Shown in pieces: positions 40,715-50,324 of a stretch of 64,000 bases of DNA. The position numbers and the translations under genes are program-made. The stretch lies in contig JACKJR010000005.1 in the NCBI GenBank assembly GCA_020637855.1, positions 83,340 through 147,339 of the forward strand. The letters are read 5' to 3'. The stretch's first letter is position 1, and each line of letters opens with the position of its first letter. The notes beneath the pieces are model-generated. The model did no database searches. It saw only the letters and a program-made list of their open reading frames with translations, and was not told where the DNA came from. The DNA comes from Rhodobiaceae bacterium (GTDB taxonomy: Bacteria; Pseudomonadota; Alphaproteobacteria; Rhizobiales; Tepidamorphaceae).

Positions 40715-41071
40715 GTGGCGGTGTTTGTTGTCGAAGATGACAAGGCAGTGCGGGAATCGCTTGTGCTTTTCCTGCGGCAGGTGGATTTGCAGCCCGTTGC
40801 ATATGAATCCGCCGAAGCGCTCCTGAATGCCGAAACATTAGGACCCGACGATACGGTTTTCGTCGACATAGGCTTGCCGGGTATGAGTGGCGCGGAACTC
40901 ATTCACTGCTTGTACCAACGCGCAGGTCGGCCACGCATCATTGTCGTATCGGGCAAACCCCAGCACGTGCTTGAGCGCGAATTGTCGTGCTTCGAGGAGG
41001 CGCAAATTTTGCGCAAACCGCTTGATGCGGACAGTTTGGCCAGCATTTTCCCCGAAAACGGATTGCATTGA
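40715..41071 (+). CDS. Single-domain receiver protein (FixT-like position)
   Basis: VVEDD, VDIGLPGMSG, RKP and no output domain; lies between fixJ and fixK. Start is either GTG 40715 or ATG 40691. Confidence 0.75.
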   Translation: MAVFVVEDDKAVRESLVLFLRQVDLQPVAYESAEALLNAETLGPDDTVFVDIGLPGMSGAELIHCLYQRAGRPRIIVVSGKPQHVLERELSCFEEAQILRKPLDADSLASIFPENGLH

Positions 41072-41231
41072 ATCTATTTTTCGGGACAAGGGAAACGCGT
41101 CTACGTAATACCCCTCATACGTATCCGAACCAATCCCTATTGCAGTTGCGAAGGGATAGTTTCCCGGGCATGCGGCTGACTGAATATATCAGCCAACTGC
41201 GTATGAATCGCATCGGGTCAGGGGGGACACT

Positions 41232-41921
41232 ATGCCAACGGCCATTCTCGCAAATATGGAAAGCCGTGAACACCGCAGTTCCTCTGCTGGACGCCCGGCA
41301 TTTCAGGCAGCACGTTCCTCTGGCGAAATAGCCGATTCAACGCCGGTGTCGGTGCGTGAGCATGAACTGGTCTTCGCCGAAGGCGATGCCGCGCATCAGC
41401 GCTACGAAATCATCGACGGTGCGGTGATGCTTTTCCGGGTTTTGCCGGACGGGCGCCGTCAGCTTGTCGAACTGCTCGGTCCGGGCGACATGTTCGGTCT
41501 GACATGCGATGCGGAATATGATTGCTCTGCCGAGACGCTCGTTGCCACGCGCATGCGGGTGACGCATCGGTTGGATTGCTCACAGGTGCCCGCATCCATG
41601 TGCAGGATGTGCCGGCAACTGCAGAAGAAGGTGGCCGATCTCCATGAGCATTCTGTTGTCCTGGGCCGCAAGTCTGCCATGGAAAAGGTCGTCAGCTTTC
41701 TGCTGCGCCTTGCCGCGATGGAAACGGGCCGGCGCGCCAATGGCCATGTGCGTCTCGCCATGACCCGGCAGGAAATGGCGGACTATCTTGGTCTGACCAT
41801 TGAGACCGTAAGCCGGTCGCTCTCCGAATTGCGCCGCCGTGGTCTGATCATCTTCGAGAAAGCGGATTGGTTCCACATTCCCGATCCGCAGGCGCTGGAA
41901 AATCTGTCAGGTGATTTCTGA
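41232..41921 (+). CDS. fixK: Crp/Fnr-family regulator, FixK type
   Basis: DGRRQ, PGDMFG, MTRQEMADYLGLTIETVSR; no N-terminal FNR Cys cluster; downstream of fixLJ. Confidence 0.82.
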   Translation: MPTAILANMESREHRSSSAGRPAFQAARSSGEIADSTPVSVREHELVFAEGDAAHQRYEIIDGAVMLFRVLPDGRRQLVELLGPGDMFGLTCDAEYDCSAETLVATRMRVTHRLDCSQVPASMCRMCRQLQKKVADLHEHSVVLGRKSAMEKVVSFLLRLAAMETGRRANGHVRLAMTRQEMADYLGLTIETVSRSLSELRRRGLIIFEKADWFHIPDPQALENLSGDF

Positions 41922-41995
41922 GACGTGCCTGCCATCAAGGGTTTTCATGTAGGTCGCGTAAAAATTCCTCTCTTTCTCCTCTAGTAGGACTAGAC

Positions 41996-42024
41996 AGCCG
42001 CGTCGGTGACGCGGCTTCTTTTTT
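41996..42024 (+). terminator. Intrinsic terminator after fixK
   Basis: AGCCGCGTC-GGT-GACGCGGCT followed by TCTTTTTT. Confidence 0.85.
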
Positions 42025-42069
42025 GGATTTATATTCAATGGGACGCCGCGAAGCTGACGCCAGGATGGC

Positions 42070-43434
42070 TTACACAGCGACCGAGTGCTTCCGCGCTTCC
42101 GGCTCGAGATAGGCGTCGAAGACAGCGGCCACGACACGTGTGAAGGCACGCGCTTCCTCAGGCACCATGACGGTATCTCCATCGCGCCGGGCAAGGCCGT
42201 CATCCGCCAGTGCATCGATGCGTTTGCGCCAGTCTCCCAGACTTGTCGCCTTCATCCCGTGGGATGCTGCAATTGCCGAGACGTCGACGCTCAGGTTGCA
42301 CATCAATGCCTCGATCAATGCGGAGCGGAAACGATCTGCCTGTGTAGTGGCGACACCGCGCACCGTGGCGAAATGTCCGGCATTCACCGCCCGGGCCCAT
42401 TCCGCCGTTGCCGGCGCATTCTGGGCAAACCCCGTCGGGAAGCTGGAAATGGAGGAGGCACCCAAACCGATGACCGCATCTGCCGGGTCGGTTGTATAAC
42501 CCTGGAAATTGCGCCGCAGGGTGCCGTTTTCTGCAGCGATCGCCAGCTTGTCGTCTTCGCGGGCGAAATGATCGATGCCGATGCGACGATAGCCGAGCGC
42601 GACAAGCCGCTCGCCAGCCGCCTCGGCCATCTCCAGCCGTTCCATGGCGCCCGGCAATACCATTTCATCGATCATGCGCTGATGGGTCTTGAACCACGGA
42701 ACATGCGCATAACCGAACAGCGCAATACGTCCCGGCGCGAGGCTGGTCGCCAGATCGATGCTTCGGATCAGATCGGCCTGGCTCTGCAGCGGCAGTCCAT
42801 AAATCAGATCGAAATTCATCTCATCGAGGCCGGCCCTGTTCAACAGGTCAACGGCGGAGGCGACCTGCTCGAATGGTTGGACGCGGCCGATGGCCGACTG
42901 CACGCGCGGCGTGAAATCCTGGACGCCAAGGCTGACACGGTTGATGCCGGCGCCGGTAATCTTGGCAACTAGCGCTTCATCGATCAGCCGCGGGTCGAGT
43001 TCCATTGCATGCTCGGCATCGTCGGACACCGAATAGCAGGCGCGCATCGAATCAACGATGTCCTGGAAGACATCCGCAGGCAGCATGCTGGGCGTGCCCC
43101 CGCCCCAATGGATTGAAACCACTTGCCGCGGACCTTTGCCGCCATGCGCAAACGCCAGCGCCGATGATTCCAGTTCCCGTTCGAGCGTCTGTCCGTAAGA
43201 AATCAGCGGGCCGTCCTTGCGGGTCGCTTTCGTATGGCAGCCGCAATACCAGCAAATCGAACGGCAGAAGGGCACATGGAAATAAAGGCTCAGACGCGCA
43301 TCATCGCTTAGCGCCGCCGCCCACCCGGCCACGACCTCTGCGTTTACCGCGGGAGAGAATTGCGCAGCCGTCGGATATGACGTGTAGCGCGGCACCTGCG
43401 CACTGGCGTAAGATTCAACAAGTTCCTGTCTCAT
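42070..43434 (-). CDS. hemN: Oxygen-independent coproporphyrinogen III oxidase
   Basis: PRYTSYPTA, HVPFCRSICWYCGC (radical SAM), WGGGTP, DLIYGLP, RNFQGYT. Confidence 0.95.
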   Translation of the reverse strand: MRQELVESYASAQVPRYTSYPTAAQFSPAVNAEVVAGWAAALSDDARLSLYFHVPFCRSICWYCGCHTKATRKDGPLISYGQTLERELESSALAFAHGGKGPRQVVSIHWGGGTPSMLPADVFQDIVDSMRACYSVSDDAEHAMELDPRLIDEALVAKITGAGINRVSLGVQDFTPRVQSAIGRVQPFEQVASAVDLLNRAGLDEMNFDLIYGLPLQSQADLIRSIDLATSLAPGRIALFGYAHVPWFKTHQRMIDEMVLPGAMERLEMAEAAGERLVALGYRRIGIDHFAREDDKLAIAAENGTLRRNFQGYTTDPADAVIGLGASSISSFPTGFAQNAPATAEWARAVNAGHFATVRGVATTQADRFRSALIEALMCNLSVDVSAIAASHGMKATSLGDWRKRIDALADDGLARRDGDTVMVPEEARAFTRVVAAVFDAYLEPEARKHSVAV

Positions 43435-43468
43435 CGTCAATATCTTGCATGCACGGTGGCGTGCGGCG

Positions 43469-43482
43469 TTGACGATGATCAA
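43469..43482. promoter_or_regulatory. FNR/FixK box between hemN and the AbrB-family gene
   Basis: TTGAC-GATG-ATCAA, one mismatch to TTGAT-N4-ATCAA. Confidence 0.8.
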
Positions 43483-43504
43483 ACCGCGCTCCGGACTGTT
43501 TCAG

Positions 43505-44572
43505 GTGCAGCATTTTTATTCGCGGCTGGCAGTCCGCCCTGTCGCGGCTCTTACGGCCACACTCGTGGTGGCTTTCATCGGCGGTTTGCTCGCCGCGCTC
43601 GCCGGTCTGCCTGTTGCCTGGCTGACGGGTGCGATGACGGTATGCGCGGTGATGGCGGCTGCCGGCGCGCCGGTGCGAATACCGGAAAGCTGGCGGCTGC
43701 CGGTCTTCGTTGTGCTCGGTATATCCATGGGCAGCGGGGTTACGCCGGAGGCACTTGCGCTGGCCCGCACATGGCCGCTCAGTCTCCTGGCGCTTGCTGT
43801 GGCAGTGCCGGTGATGGTTGCCGCATCCGTGCCGGTGATTTCGCGCATGCCGGGCTGGGATCGCCGAACGGCAATGCTTGCAGCCATGCCCGGCGCACTG
43901 TCCTACGTCATATCGGTAGCCGTAGAGACCGGTGTCGATGCGCGTCGCGTCGCCGTCGTTCAGGCGCTCCGCCTGGTTGTGCTCGTACTCGTGCTGCCGT
44001 CAGTTATCATTGCAACGGGTGGCGCGGGGCCGGCATCCCTGCCGCCGGTGGCGGATATGAACTGGGTAGACATGGGCCTGCTGGCACTGGTGTGTGCGAT
44101 TGCCGCCATCCTGTTCCCGCGGTTCAGAATCCCCGGCGGGATGCTGTTCGGGCCAATGTTCGTCAGTGCCATCGCCCATGGCGCCGGGTGGACGGCAGTG
44201 CGTGCTCCGCCCGAGATACTAAACCCCGCTATGCTCGTTCTCGGAGCCAATATCGGCGCCCGGTTCACCGGCATCGGCTGGCCATTTATCCGCTCAGTGC
44301 TTGCTGTCGGCCTGCTGAATCTGGCTATTGCAAGCATTGTGGCCGTAATATTCGCAGCACTTGTCGCCGTGGGTCTTGCGATCCCGTTTGGCCAGGCCCT
44401 GCTGGCTTTCGCCCCCGGTGGAGCCGAGGCTATGGCTCTGCTCGCTTTCGCGCTCGATCTCGATCCTGCCTATGTGGCAGTTCATCACGTTGCCCGTTTC
44501 CTCGGCCTTGGGTTATTCTTGCCGCTAGTTCTGCGAGTCGTCGGAACCGGGGCGAAACGATCTTCGCCCTAA
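43505..44572 (+). CDS. AbrB-family duplicated membrane protein
   Basis: LP.AWLTGAM, G.SMGSG, AMPGALS, Q.LR and the repeat PGG.LFGPM, FAPGG.EAM, HH.AR. Start uncertain (43445-43505). Confidence 0.8.
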   Translation: MQHFYSRLAVRPVAALTATLVVAFIGGLLAALAGLPVAWLTGAMTVCAVMAAAGAPVRIPESWRLPVFVVLGISMGSGVTPEALALARTWPLSLLALAVAVPVMVAASVPVISRMPGWDRRTAMLAAMPGALSYVISVAVETGVDARRVAVVQALRLVVLVLVLPSVIIATGGAGPASLPPVADMNWVDMGLLALVCAIAAILFPRFRIPGGMLFGPMFVSAIAHGAGWTAVRAPPEILNPAMLVLGANIGARFTGIGWPFIRSVLAVGLLNLAIASIVAVIFAALVAVGLAIPFGQALLAFAPGGAEAMALLAFALDLDPAYVAVHHVARFLGLGLFLPLVLRVVGTGAKRSSP

Positions 44573-44631
44573 GTGAATATCCGTATGCAATCCTCCATGT
44601 AGGAGGAGCGATGCTTGTTTTGCGTGCCGAC

Positions 44632-44645
44632 TTGATAGAGATCAA
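44632..44645. promoter_or_regulatory. FNR/FixK box upstream of ccoN
   Basis: Perfect TTGAT-AGAG-ATCAA. Confidence 0.92.
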
Positions 44646-44750
44646 CACAAAGGGCACCCGCATCCGCTTTGGATGAGGGTGTGAAACTGCGCCCGTGCTG
44701 CGTCTGTAGTGATGCAGCCTGTGCGTCAAAAATCGGGGGTATTCCTTCAA

Positions 44751-46397
44751 ATGGCTTCCACCGCCAAGAGATCCCTGACGCTTGAGGAAGGCGGCTTTGC
44801 CGTCTTCACCGGGCTGATTGCGCTTTACTGCCTGATGGCCGCCGCCAAGACGACGGATGCGGTCATGGCCTTTCACGCATGGGTCGGGCTGGCCCTGTCG
44901 CTGATCGGCATCTTCGCAATCTTCAAGGGATACACGAAACGCAAAGAAAATCCGCCGCAGACCATCGATGGCCTGCCCAATTATCAACTCGGCCCAATCA
45001 AGTTCGCCAGCTTCATGGCAATGTTCTGGGGCATCGCAGGCTTTACTGTAGGCCTCGTGATTGCGCTGCAACTGGCCTATCCGGCGCTGAACTTCAATCT
45101 GCCCTGGACCAACTTTGGCCGCTTGCGCCCGTTGCACACCAGCGCGGTGATTTTCGCCTTCGGTGGCAACGTGCTTTTGGCAACATCGTTTTACATTGTC
45201 CAGCGCACCTGCCAGACGCGAATCGCAGGCAACACGGCACCCTGGTTCGTGGTTGCCGGTTATAATGCCTTCATCCTGATCGCTGGCACGGGCTATCTGC
45301 TCGGCGTGACCCAGGGCAAGGAATACGCAGAACCCGAATGGTACGCCGATCTGTGGCTGACCATCGTCTGGGTGGTTTACCTGCTGGTCTTCCTGGCGAC
45401 ACTGTGGAAGCGCAAGGAACCGCACATTTACGTTGCGAACTGGTTCTTCCTGGCCTTCATCGTAACCATTGCGATGCTGCACCTGGTGAACAACGCGACG
45501 GTTCCGGTTTCGATCTTCGGCACCAAGTCCTACATCGTCTGGTCCGGCGTTCAGGACGCCATGACCCAGTGGTGGTACGGCCACAACGCGGTTGGTTTCT
45601 TCCTGACCGCCGGCTTCCTGGCCATCATGTACTACTTCATCCCGAAGCGGGCTGACCGGCCGGTTTATTCCTATCGCCTGTCGATCGTCCACTTCTGGTC
45701 GCTGATCTTCCTGTACATCTGGGCTGGTCCCCACCACCTGCACTACACGGCCCTGCCGCAGTGGTCGCAGACTCTCGGCATGACCTTCTCTGTCATGCTG
45801 TGGATGCCTTCATGGGGTGGCATGATCAACGGCCTGATGACGCTTTCGGGCGCCTGGGACAAGCTCAGGACCGATCCGGTGCTGCGCATGATGGTTGTGT
45901 CGGTTGCCTTCTACGGCATGTCCACCTTCGAGGGCCCGCTTATGTCGGTCCGCGCGGTGAACTCGCTGTCGCACTATACCGACTGGACCATCGGCCACGT
46001 GCACTCCGGTGCGCTCGGCTGGGTTGCGTTCGTTTCCTTCGGTGCTCTGTACTGCCTCGTTCCGTGGATCTGGAACCGTAAAGGTGTCTATTCGCTGAAG
46101 CTGGTGAACTGGCACTTCTGGGTCGCGACGATCGGTATCGTCCTCTACATCTCGGCGATGTGGGTGTCGGGTATCATGCAGGGCCTGATGTGGCGTGCCT
46201 ACAACGCGCTGGGCTTCCTCGAGTACTCCTTCATCGAGACCGTCGAGGCGATGCATCCCTTCTATGTGATCCGTGCTCTTGGCGGCGCCTTGTTCGTCGT
46301 CGGTGCCCTGATCATGGCCTACAACCTCTGGATGACCGTGCAGCACGGCGAAGTTGAAACAGCTTCCGCCAAGCCTGCTCTGGCACCGGCTGAATAA
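44751..46397 (+). CDS. ccoN: cbb3-type cytochrome c oxidase subunit I
   Basis: [48 protein letters not shown]. Confidence 0.97.
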   Translation: MASTAKRSLTLEEGGFAVFTGLIALYCLMAAAKTTDAVMAFHAWVGLALSLIGIFAIFKGYTKRKENPPQTIDGLPNYQLGPIKFASFMAMFWGIAGFTVGLVIALQLAYPALNFNLPWTNFGRLRPLHTSAVIFAFGGNVLLATSFYIVQRTCQTRIAGNTAPWFVVAGYNAFILIAGTGYLLGVTQGKEYAEPEWYADLWLTIVWVVYLLVFLATLWKRKEPHIYVANWFFLAFIVTIAMLHLVNNATVPVSIFGTKSYIVWSGVQDAMTQWWYGHNAVGFFLTAGFLAIMYYFIPKRADRPVYSYRLSIVHFWSLIFLYIWAGPHHLHYTALPQWSQTLGMTFSVMLWMPSWGGMINGLMTLSGAWDKLRTDPVLRMMVVSVAFYGMSTFEGPLMSVRAVNSLSHYTDWTIGHVHSGALGWVAFVSFGALYCLVPWIWNRKGVYSLKLVNWHFWVATIGIVLYISAMWVSGIMQGLMWRAYNALGFLEYSFIETVEAMHPFYVIRALGGALFVVGALIMAYNLWMTVQHGEVETASAKPALAPAE

Positions 46398-46411
46398 GGG
46401 AGACGCATGTC

Positions 46412-47146
46412 ATGAATCGTCACGCGATCTTCGAGAAGAACTCGATCGTTCTCACAGTCGGCATCCTTGTCATGGTTGCCATCGGTGGCCTGGTCGAGCT
46501 GGTGCCCAACTTCTACCTGAAGAGCACCATCGAAAAGGTGGACGGGATGCGTCCCTACACCCCGCTCGAGCTTGCCGGGCGCAACATCTACGTTCGCGAG
46601 GGCTGCTATCTGTGCCACAGCCAGATGATCCGCACCCTGCGCGATGAGGTGGAGCGTTACGGGCCTTACAGCCTGGCTGCGGAGAGCATGTATGACCATC
46701 CCTTCCAGTGGGGCTCCAAGCGTACAGGTCCCGATCTTGCCCGCGTCGGTGGAAAATATTCCGACGACTGGCACGTTCAGCACCTGGTCGATCCGCGCTC
46801 GGTGTCTCCGGCTTCGGTCATGCCCGGCTATCCGTTCCTGGCCAAGGCCAAGCTCACTGGTGAGGATATTGTCGATCACCTGAAGGTTAATGCCCTTCTT
46901 GGTGTGCCCTACAGCGACGAGATGATCGAAGCTGCCCGGGCAGATTTCCTCGCCCAGGCGAACCCCGATGCCGCCGATGATATCGATGGCTTCGAGGCAC
47001 GCTACCCCAAGGCGGTTGCCCGCGATTTCGACGGCAACCCCGAGGCGGTCACCGAGATGGACGCTCTTGTCGCCTATCTGCAGATGCTCGGCACGCTTGT
47101 CGATTTCAATCTGTATGACGGCAAAGCCGACATCAACCTGCGCTAG
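46412..47146 (+). CDS. ccoO: cbb3 oxidase subunit II
   Basis: [24 protein letters not shown]. Confidence 0.97.
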   Translation: MNRHAIFEKNSIVLTVGILVMVAIGGLVELVPNFYLKSTIEKVDGMRPYTPLELAGRNIYVREGCYLCHSQMIRTLRDEVERYGPYSLAAESMYDHPFQWGSKRTGPDLARVGGKYSDDWHVQHLVDPRSVSPASVMPGYPFLAKAKLTGEDIVDHLKVNALLGVPYSDEMIEAARADFLAQANPDAADDIDGFEARYPKAVARDFDGNPEAVTEMDALVAYLQMLGTLVDFNLYDGKADINLR

Positions 47147-47157
47147 GGGAGGCAAGC

Positions 47158-47310
47158 ATGGATACCTACAATTCGCTTGCCGCCTTCGCGCAGACATGGG
47201 GCCTGGTCTATTTCGTCGTGCTGTTTATTGCCGTCGTGGCCTATGCCCTGTGGCCGTCCAACAAGGACCGCTTCGACGAAGCGTCGCAGATTCCGCTGAG
47301 AAAGGACTGA
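47158..47310 (+). CDS. ccoQ: cbb3 oxidase subunit Q (50 aa, absent from the ORF track)
   Basis: Manual translation MDTYNSLAAFAQTWGLVYFVVLFIAVVAYALWPSNKDRFDEASQIPLRKD; RBS GGGGAGG. Confidence 0.93.
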   Translation: MDTYNSLAAFAQTWGLVYFVVLFIAVVAYALWPSNKDRFDEASQIPLRKD

Positions 47311-47314
47311 ACCA

Positions 47315-48184
47315 ATGGCCAAGAAGGAAGTTGACGCAATTTCCGGCGTCGAGACGACCGGCCACGAGTGGGACGGTCTGAAGGAACTGAACACTCCGCT
47401 GCCGCGCTGGTGGCTGTGGACGTTCTATATCTGCGTCGCCTGGTCGATCGTGTATTGGGTGCTGATGCCGGCCTGGCCGCTGGTCAGCGACTACACCCGT
47501 GGCACACGCGGCCATTCCCAGCGCGCGGTCGTCACCGAGGAGGTTGCAGTCCTCCAGGCGGCCCGTGCCGAGAAAGGGGCAGCTCTGGTCGATGCTGATC
47601 TGGAAACGATCAAGTCGAGCCCGGATCTGCTGCAGTTCGCCATGGCGAACGGGCGTGCCGCTTTCGGCGACAACTGCGCCCCTTGCCACGGTACGGGTGC
47701 AACCGGCTTTACCGGATATCCGAACCTGAACGACGACGAATGGCTCTGGGGTGGTACTCTGGATGATATCAGCCAGACGATCCACTACGGCATCCGTTCC
47801 GGTCACGACGAGGCCCGCACCGGCGACATGCTGGCGTTCGGCCGCGACGAACTGCTTGACCGCGATCAGGTACGTGATGTGGCGAGCTACGTCGTCTCCC
47901 TGACGGGCGGTAGCCCGGCGGAAGGGGCCGATGTCGCCAACGGTAAGGTGGTCTTCGAGGACAACTGCGCAGCCTGCCATGGCGAAGATGCCAAGGGCAT
48001 GCAGGAACTCGGTGCCCCCAACCTGACCGACAACATCTGGCTGTATGGCGGCTCGCTTGAGACAGTCATGCAAACGGTCCAGAACGGTCGTGGCGGTATC
48101 ATGCCAGCCTGGGCCGGCCGTCTCGACGAGGCGACCATCAAGTCGCTGGCCGTGTACGTCCACAGCCTTGGCGGCGGTCAGTAA
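47315..48184 (+). CDS. ccoP: cbb3 oxidase subunit III
   Basis: TTGHEWDG, PLPRWW, CAPCHG and CAACHG. Confidence 0.97.
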   Translation: MAKKEVDAISGVETTGHEWDGLKELNTPLPRWWLWTFYICVAWSIVYWVLMPAWPLVSDYTRGTRGHSQRAVVTEEVAVLQAARAEKGAALVDADLETIKSSPDLLQFAMANGRAAFGDNCAPCHGTGATGFTGYPNLNDDEWLWGGTLDDISQTIHYGIRSGHDEARTGDMLAFGRDELLDRDQVRDVASYVVSLTGGSPAEGADVANGKVVFEDNCAACHGEDAKGMQELGAPNLTDNIWLYGGSLETVMQTVQNGRGGIMPAWAGRLDEATIKSLAVYVHSLGGGQ

Positions 48185-48283
48185 GCGACTATCTGCCACA
48201 ATGCAAATATTCACCGGCGGGAATATATTCTCGCCGGTGAATGACAAACTGGGCATGCAGATGCCCACTATGGATATCGAGCG

Positions 48284-49753
48284 ATGAAACCGATGCCCCC
48301 GACGGATACGCAGGACGCTCAAGGCGCTAGCGCACAACCTCTCTATGCCGCCCGTAAAAAGGTCTACCCACAATCGGTCCGTGGCACGTTCCGTTCCATC
48401 AAGTGGACCTTTATGGCATTGGCGCTTGGTGTGTATTACCTGCTGCCATTCGTTCGCTGGGACCGTGGGCCGAACGCGCCCGATCAGGCGGTGCTCGTCG
48501 ATTTCCCGAACCGCAGATTCTATTTCTTCTTCATCGAGATATGGCCGCAAGAGGTCTATTACCTCACGGGCTTGTTGATCATGGCCGCGATGGCGCTGTT
48601 CCTGATGAACGCGCTCGCCGGTCGTGTGTGGTGCGGCTACATGTGCCCGCAAACGGTCTGGACCGACCTGTTTTACGCTGTCGAGCGCCTGATTGAAGGT
48701 GACCGGCGCGACCGGATGATTCTCGACAAGCAGGGCTGGACGTTCAACAAGATTGCCGAGCGTGTTGCCAAGCATGGCTTGTGGCTTCTGATTGCGTGGT
48801 GGACCGGTGGTGCTTGGGTGCTCTACTTCTCCGATGCGCCAACCCTCGTCGGGCAGCTGCTGCGCGGCGAGGCGCCGTTCTCGGCGTATCTGTGGATCGG
48901 CATTCTCACCGCAACGACCTATGTCTTTGCCGGCCACATGCGCGAGCAGGTTTGCGTCTATATGTGTCCCTGGCCGCGCATCCAGGCGGCGTTGACCGAT
49001 GAATGGGCGCTCAACGTTACCTACCGGCACGACCGCGGCGAGCCGCGCATGTCGGTCAAGGAAGCAAAGAAGGTTGAGGCCACTGGAGATAAGGCGGGCG
49101 ATTGCATCGATTGCCTGCAGTGTGTCGCGGTATGCCCGACGGGCATAGACATCCGTGACGGCGCGCAGCTCGAGTGCATCCAGTGCGGTCTGTGCATCGA
49201 TGCCTGTAATCGCATCATGGACAAGGTCGGGCGTCCACGCGGACTGATCGCCTACGACAACGACATGAACATGGATCGGCGCGAGGCAGGTAAGCAGGAA
49301 ATCTACCGGCCTATCCGCTCCCGTACGCTGATCTATACCGGCATCATTCTGTTCGTGGCCGCGCTGATGGCCGTGACGCTTTTCAACCGCACCACCGCGG
49401 GTATTTCTGTCATTCACGATCGCAATCCGCTGTTCGTGACCCTGCAGGACGGGTCGATCCGCAATGGCTATACCGCGCGCCTGATCAACAAGGAGCTGCA
49501 GCCGCGCCACTATGCGATCTCCGTTGAGGGTATCGATGGTGCATGGGTCGAGGCTGTCGGTGTCCCGCCGGATCTCAAGGGCCATCCGATTGTCGCGGTG
49601 AGGCCCGATACGACTCAGGAAGTGCGGCTTCTGGTCTATACACCGGCCGGTTCGCAGCTTGGCGAAACAACGCCGATCACCTTCCGCATTGTCGACGTCA
49701 AGAGCGGTGAGGAGGATACGGTGTCCGATAACTTCAAGGCGCCGGCGAAATAA
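48284..49753 (+). CDS. ccoG: cbb3 accessory ferredoxin-like membrane protein
   Basis: GRVWCGYMCPQT, CVYMCPWPR, CIDCLQCVAVCP, CIQCGLCIDAC. Confidence 0.95.
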   Translation: MKPMPPTDTQDAQGASAQPLYAARKKVYPQSVRGTFRSIKWTFMALALGVYYLLPFVRWDRGPNAPDQAVLVDFPNRRFYFFFIEIWPQEVYYLTGLLIMAAMALFLMNALAGRVWCGYMCPQTVWTDLFYAVERLIEGDRRDRMILDKQGWTFNKIAERVAKHGLWLLIAWWTGGAWVLYFSDAPTLVGQLLRGEAPFSAYLWIGILTATTYVFAGHMREQVCVYMCPWPRIQAALTDEWALNVTYRHDRGEPRMSVKEAKKVEATGDKAGDCIDCLQCVAVCPTGIDIRDGAQLECIQCGLCIDACNRIMDKVGRPRGLIAYDNDMNMDRREAGKQEIYRPIRSRTLIYTGIILFVAALMAVTLFNRTTAGISVIHDRNPLFVTLQDGSIRNGYTARLINKELQPRHYAISVEGIDGAWVEAVGVPPDLKGHPIVAVRPDTTQEVRLLVYTPAGSQLGETTPITFRIVDVKSGEEDTVSDNFKAPAK

Positions 49754-49779
49754 CCGCTCTGGAAAGAACCGGATCGATC

Positions 49780-50319
49780 ATGCAGTCTGTGACCATGAAC
49801 TCCACACCCAATCCATCGGCGGAGAAGCGTATCACCGGCCGCACGGTACTCGGCTGGCTGGTCGGCTTTTTCGCGGTGATCATCGTAGCCAACGTGATTT
49901 TCATGTGGCTTGCCCTGTCGAGTTTCTCGGGGATCGAGGCGACCAGCGCCTATAAGGCCGGCCAGACATTCGATCATGACAAGGTCGATGCCTCCGCCCA
50001 GGCAGAACGCGGTTGGCAGGTGTCGGCGGACATTGCGCGCGGTGGGCAAGGCGCCGATATCAGGGTTCATGCGCGCGACAAAAATGGTGCGCCGCTTACA
50101 GGCATGTCGTTCAGTGCGGTGTTCAAGCGTCCCGTCGAGGATGGCAGTGATATTCCGGTGAGCCTGTCCGAAGGTGAAACCGGCGTTTATTCCGGCCGGG
50201 TCGATGAAATCGGTTCCGGGCAATGGACTGTTGTGCTGAGCGGTGAGGGCATTGATCCGCAGACAGGCGCGCAACAGCGTATGTTCCTGTCGCAGAACCG
50301 GATCAATCTCAGGGATTGA
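49780..50319 (+). CDS. ccoH: cbb3 assembly protein FixH
   Basis: ITGR.VL..LV.FF.VII.AN; located between ccoG and ccoI. Confidence 0.88.
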   Translation: MQSVTMNSTPNPSAEKRITGRTVLGWLVGFFAVIIVANVIFMWLALSSFSGIEATSAYKAGQTFDHDKVDASAQAERGWQVSADIARGGQGADIRVHARDKNGAPLTGMSFSAVFKRPVEDGSDIPVSLSEGETGVYSGRVDEIGSGQWTVVLSGEGIDPQTGAQQRMFLSQNRINLRD

Positions 50320-50324
50320 GGCCC

